A DNA stretch of 64,000 bases from Candidatus Babeliales bacterium (GTDB lineage: Bacteria; Babelota; Babeliae; Babelales; JANWKD01). Under the pieces are notes generated by a model. The model had not been told where the DNA came from and did not search any database. It saw only the letters and a program-made list of their open reading frames with translations. A program made the position numbers and the translations under genes. This document shows, piece by piece, positions 60,365-64,000 of this stretch (position 1 is the stretch's first letter; each line of letters opens with the position of its first letter). Location: NCBI GenBank assembly GCA_963722255.1, contig CAVRJO010000001.1:384001-448000 (forward strand), written 5' to 3'.

Positions 60365-60900
60365 ATAGCAGTGAAATTGTGCTTGCAAAAAAATACGCAC
60401 AGGCCTTTTTAAATCTTTATATACAAGATATTTCATATAACGATTATTCAACAATCAAAGCAGCTGCACTCTATTTTAATAAGAACCATGCTTTTTTTTC
60501 GCTCCTTAATATTCCAACAATTTCATTACAACAAAAAAGAGATTCTCTTTATGCACTATTACGTGAATTACATATTTCAGAAATTTTTAACAAAATAGTT
60601 GAACTAATTATCAAGCACCAACGAATTTATTTAATTCCGGCTCTTTTTGATGCCTTAGTGCATGGCTATGAACAACGAAAAAAAATTATATCTTTTACCA
60701 TTACAAGTTCACACGAGTTATCAGGCGATGATCTTGAAATAATAAAAAAATTTCTTACAAAAAAAACAGATTCACATAGTGTATGTACCTTTAGAATTAA
60801 CAAAAAGTTACTAGCCGGAATACGAATGCAAAGCGATCTATTTCTTTGGGAATATTCTGTGGCAAAGCAGTTAAGAACAATAAATAAATGTATTAGGTAG
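60361..60900 (+). CDS. atpH: ATP synthase F1 subunit delta
   Basis: AKKYAQAF, ITSSHEL, LLAGIRM...YSVAKQL. Confidence 0.88.
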   Translation: MNSSEIVLAKKYAQAFLNLYIQDISYNDYSTIKAAALYFNKNHAFFSLLNIPTISLQQKRDSLYALLRELHISEIFNKIVELIIKHQRIYLIPALFDALVHGYEQRKKIISFTITSSHELSGDDLEIIKKFLTKKTDSHSVCTFRINKKLLAGIRMQSDLFLWEYSVAKQLRTINKCIR

Positions 60901-60912
60901 TAAGGACCAAAA

Positions 60913-62424
60913 ATGGACATAAAAAGCTCTGACTTAATAAGCCTGTTTGAAAAATCGCTTACCAATTTATCTCAAGAAAAACTTGAAGAAACAGGTGTTG
61001 TCATTCAAGTTGGCGACAATATCTGCAAAGTATACGGATTACTCAATGCCGTCTATGGTGAACTTATAGAGTTTGAAGGCGGTAATAAAGGAATAATCTT
61101 TAGTCTTGAAGAAGATTATGTTGCTATATTTTTGCTCTATACAACTATCGGTGTTGCTGAATTAGAAGTAGCTAAACGCACAGGCAGCGCTTTTAAAACA
61201 CCTGTTGGAAAAAATCTTCTTGGGCGTACTTTAAATGCGATTGGAAACCCTATTGATGCGCTCGGAGATCTCAATCCTGAAAGATATCGAACTATTGAAC
61301 AAACCGTACCGGGTATTATTGAGCGGAGCCCTATTGATGAACCTTTACAAACGGGAATTTTGGTTATTGACGCACTCTTTCCTATTGGAAAAGGACAGCG
61401 TGAACTTATTATAGGAAACAGAAATACCGGCAAAACATCAATTGTGCTTGATACAATTCTTAATCAAAAGGGCAAAAACGTCTATTGCGTGTATGTTTCT
61501 ATTGGACAACGCCAAGCAAATCTTGCACGTTTCATTCGTACCCTTGAAGAAAATGGCGCTCTTGATTATAGCGTTATAATTAGCGCTGATGCTAGTGAAT
61601 CGGCTCTCAATCAATATTTAGCACCTTATGTAGGTTGTACCATTGCAGAATATTTTAGAAATCAAGGTCAAGATGCTTTGATTATTTATGACGATTTAAC
61701 CAATCATGCAATTGCCTATAGAGAAATGTCATTATTATTACGCAGACCGCCTGGACGCGAAGCATATCCCGGAGATGTTTTCTTCCTTCATTCGCGACTT
61801 TTAGAACGCGCTGGTAAATTAACCAATGGTGGATCAGTAACAGCATTACCTATTGTACAAATTCAAAGTGATGATATCACAGCGTATATTCCTACCAATT
61901 TAATTTCGATTACCGACGGTCAAATCTTTTTAGATACACAACTTTTTAACCAAGGAATTCGACCGGCAGTTAATGTTGAACTTTCAGTTTCTCGTGTTGG
62001 AAGCGCTGCTCAAACAAAAGCAATTAAAAAAGTGACAAAATCATTACGCCTTGAAATCGCTCAATATAACGAACTCCTTGATTTTTCACAATTTGGAACA
62101 GAACTTGATATTATTTCTCAAAAAAGGCTTGCCCGCGGTGCCCTTGCTCAAGAAATTTTAAAACAAACTCAATTTACACATTACTCTTTTGTAGATGAAA
62201 CGATTATTATTTTTCTTTTAAAAGAAAACTTCTTGCATGATATTAAACCAAAAAATGTTCGACAATATATACAGCAATGCGTAAGTTACATTCAAAGCGT
62301 TTATTCAGATTTATATACCACGATTTTAGAATCTAAAGATTTAAGCGAAGAAAGTGCTAAACTTCTTTTTGATGCAGCACAAGAGTTTAAAAAAATATTT
62401 GTACCATCCGATGAATTAACATAG
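60913..62424 (+). CDS. atpA: ATP synthase F1 subunit alpha
   Basis: PIGKGQRELIIGNRNTGKT, LLRRPPGREAYPGDVF, YIPTNLISITDGQIFL, SVSRVG. Confidence 0.97.
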   Translation: MDIKSSDLISLFEKSLTNLSQEKLEETGVVIQVGDNICKVYGLLNAVYGELIEFEGGNKGIIFSLEEDYVAIFLLYTTIGVAELEVAKRTGSAFKTPVGKNLLGRTLNAIGNPIDALGDLNPERYRTIEQTVPGIIERSPIDEPLQTGILVIDALFPIGKGQRELIIGNRNTGKTSIVLDTILNQKGKNVYCVYVSIGQRQANLARFIRTLEENGALDYSVIISADASESALNQYLAPYVGCTIAEYFRNQGQDALIIYDDLTNHAIAYREMSLLLRRPPGREAYPGDVFFLHSRLLERAGKLTNGGSVTALPIVQIQSDDITAYIPTNLISITDGQIFLDTQLFNQGIRPAVNVELSVSRVGSAAQTKAIKKVTKSLRLEIAQYNELLDFSQFGTELDIISQKRLARGALAQEILKQTQFTHYSFVDETIIIFLLKENFLHDIKPKNVRQYIQQCVSYIQSVYSDLYTTILESKDLSEESAKLLFDAAQEFKKIFVPSDELT

Positions 62425-62431
62425 GATATGT

Positions 62432-63961
62432 ATGAAGAATTTACCACGAGATCTCAGTACCTTTAGTACCTTAATTACCAATAATTATGTTTATGTTGAT
62501 AAAACAGAACATATTTATAACTTGTATGCCACGGGTGATAGGTACCATTTTCTATCACGACCTCGTCGCTTTGGTAAATCACTTCTTATTTCAACGCTCA
62601 AAGAACTTTTTGAAGGGAATAAAGCCCTTTTTGAAAATTTGTGGATTAGTAATTCTGACTATGATTGGCAAAAATATCCCATAGTGCATCTTGATTTTGC
62701 TGCAATAGCGCAAAGAACTCCTCATGATGTAAGTAGCAGCCTTAATTACCATCTTGATGCAATTGCACATTCATATAGCCTCTCAGTTGAAGAGTGCAAA
62801 CTTCCTGAAGAAAAACTTGTTGCACTCGTTACAAAACTGGCACACTTTAATAAGGTAGTAATTCTTATTGATGAGTACAATTATCCTCTTTTAAGCCATT
62901 TAGCAACAGTAAAATTAGCTTCAGAACAAGAAAAGGTTCTCAAAAATTTTTATGGTGTTCTCAAAAGCCTTGATGCTCATTTGCGTGCTCTTTTTATTAC
63001 AGGGGTCAGCAAATTTTCTAAATCAACTATTTTTTCTGGCATCAATAATCTTATTGATCTTGGTATTAGTAGCAAAACAGCATGCCTGCTTGGCTTTACT
63101 GACCAAGAAATTAAACAGTATTTTCATGACCATATTGCTGCCTTTGCTCAAGCAAAAAAAAGAACACAGGCTTCAATCATCGCAGAAATGAAACGCTACT
63201 ACAATGGATATCGTTTCAGCCAAAATCCTATAACTGTCCACAATCCCTTTGGTGTTCTTTATTATTTGAAAGAACAAGAACTTAGAAACTACTGGTATGA
63301 ATCGGGCACACCGCTTATACTGGTAAATCTTCTTGATAAACAGCTTACAAGCCTTGAAACCATCGGACGAGTCGAATTTGAAGCAGAAACGCTTGATGCT
63401 TTTGATATGAGCAATATTCCTCTCATTATTCTTCTCTTACAAACAGGGTATTTAACCATTAAAGAATATGATCAAAAAACGAATAAATTTATTCTTGATT
63501 ACCCTAATGATTTTGTAGAAGAATCATTTAAAAAAAATGTTATTGAAGCACTTGCACATTCAAATAGTGTTACTATTGAACAATCCATTACGCTGTGCAG
63601 AGAAGCTTTTACCACTAACAATCTGGAAAAACTTAAAGATGCTTTGCATAATCTTCTTATTTACCTTCAATCGCCACTTTCGTTAGAGCCTAAAGATTTT
63701 TTTTATATCCTGTTTACTTTTCTTTTTTCATTACTTGATACAAGCATCACTAGTATAATTGTTAAATACAAGGATCATTTATTTCTTTCATTGACAACCG
63801 ATACTTTTTTCTATGAAGCAATTATATATTACACAAGACCCACGGCAGAAATACAAAAACCAGCGCAATCGCCCTATGCTAACTCAAACAAAACCTATGT
63901 ACGGTTTACTCTAACTATTAGCCAAACTCCTACAGGAGTCGCTATTGATTATACTCTATGA
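62432..63961 (+). CDS. AAA-ATPase-like protein copy 4 with degenerate C-terminal nuclease region
   Basis: YVDKT, SRPRRFGKS, IDEYNYP, NYWYESGTP; lacks GRID/FExK motifs. Confidence 0.85.
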   Translation: MKNLPRDLSTFSTLITNNYVYVDKTEHIYNLYATGDRYHFLSRPRRFGKSLLISTLKELFEGNKALFENLWISNSDYDWQKYPIVHLDFAAIAQRTPHDVSSSLNYHLDAIAHSYSLSVEECKLPEEKLVALVTKLAHFNKVVILIDEYNYPLLSHLATVKLASEQEKVLKNFYGVLKSLDAHLRALFITGVSKFSKSTIFSGINNLIDLGISSKTACLLGFTDQEIKQYFHDHIAAFAQAKKRTQASIIAEMKRYYNGYRFSQNPITVHNPFGVLYYLKEQELRNYWYESGTPLILVNLLDKQLTSLETIGRVEFEAETLDAFDMSNIPLIILLLQTGYLTIKEYDQKTNKFILDYPNDFVEESFKKNVIEALAHSNSVTIEQSITLCREAFTTNNLEKLKDALHNLLIYLQSPLSLEPKDFFYILFTFLFSLLDTSITSIIVKYKDHLFLSLTTDTFFYEAIIYYTRPTAEIQKPAQSPYANSNKTYVRFTLTISQTPTGVAIDYTL

Positions 63962-64000
63962 TGCAATTCCCGGTGAGTTTTTCAATGCCTCTTTACATCA

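Noticed and set aside
2663..63191. Short ORF-track entries overlapping longer genes (e.g. 2663, 5411, 14671, 26169, 33220, 34936, 44804, 61137)
   Set aside because: Antisense or alternate-frame shadows with no SD or recognisable motifs

Overview
AT-rich bacterial chromosome segment. Gene content (ankyrin, F-box-like and DOT1-like proteins, many orphan signal-peptide proteins, repeated AAA-ATPase/PD-(D/E)XK genes, nucleoside salvage, a split ATP synthase operon) suggests an intracellular parasite of protists, most like Candidatus Dependentiae (Babeliae/TM6); this is inference. Housekeeping genes (ilvE, leuS, transaldolase, uvrB, recO-like, MscS/MscK-like channel, recD2, dNK, atpE-F-F-H-A) are interspersed with accessory genes. 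Main observations: (1) about 16 unrelated proteins have a Sec-type signal peptide followed immediately by Met, mostly Met-Glu/Gln, a candidate export or host-mimicry signal; (2) candidate host-manipulating effectors: DOT1-like methyltransferase, F-box-like and BC/Cullin-box-like proteins, CaaX-tailed proteins; (3) an unassigned ~230-nt highly structured minus-strand RNA bracketed by three palindromic repeats; (4) two different IS elements inserted a few bases apart in the 3' end of an ankyrin gene, whose removal restores the ORF; (5) tandem gene expansions (M50-like protease trio, small Gly-rich membrane protein trio with M3 peptidases, beta-barrel cluster). Many single-base frameshifts, densest in the essential leuS, point to assembly indel errors, so pseudogene calls are uncertain.
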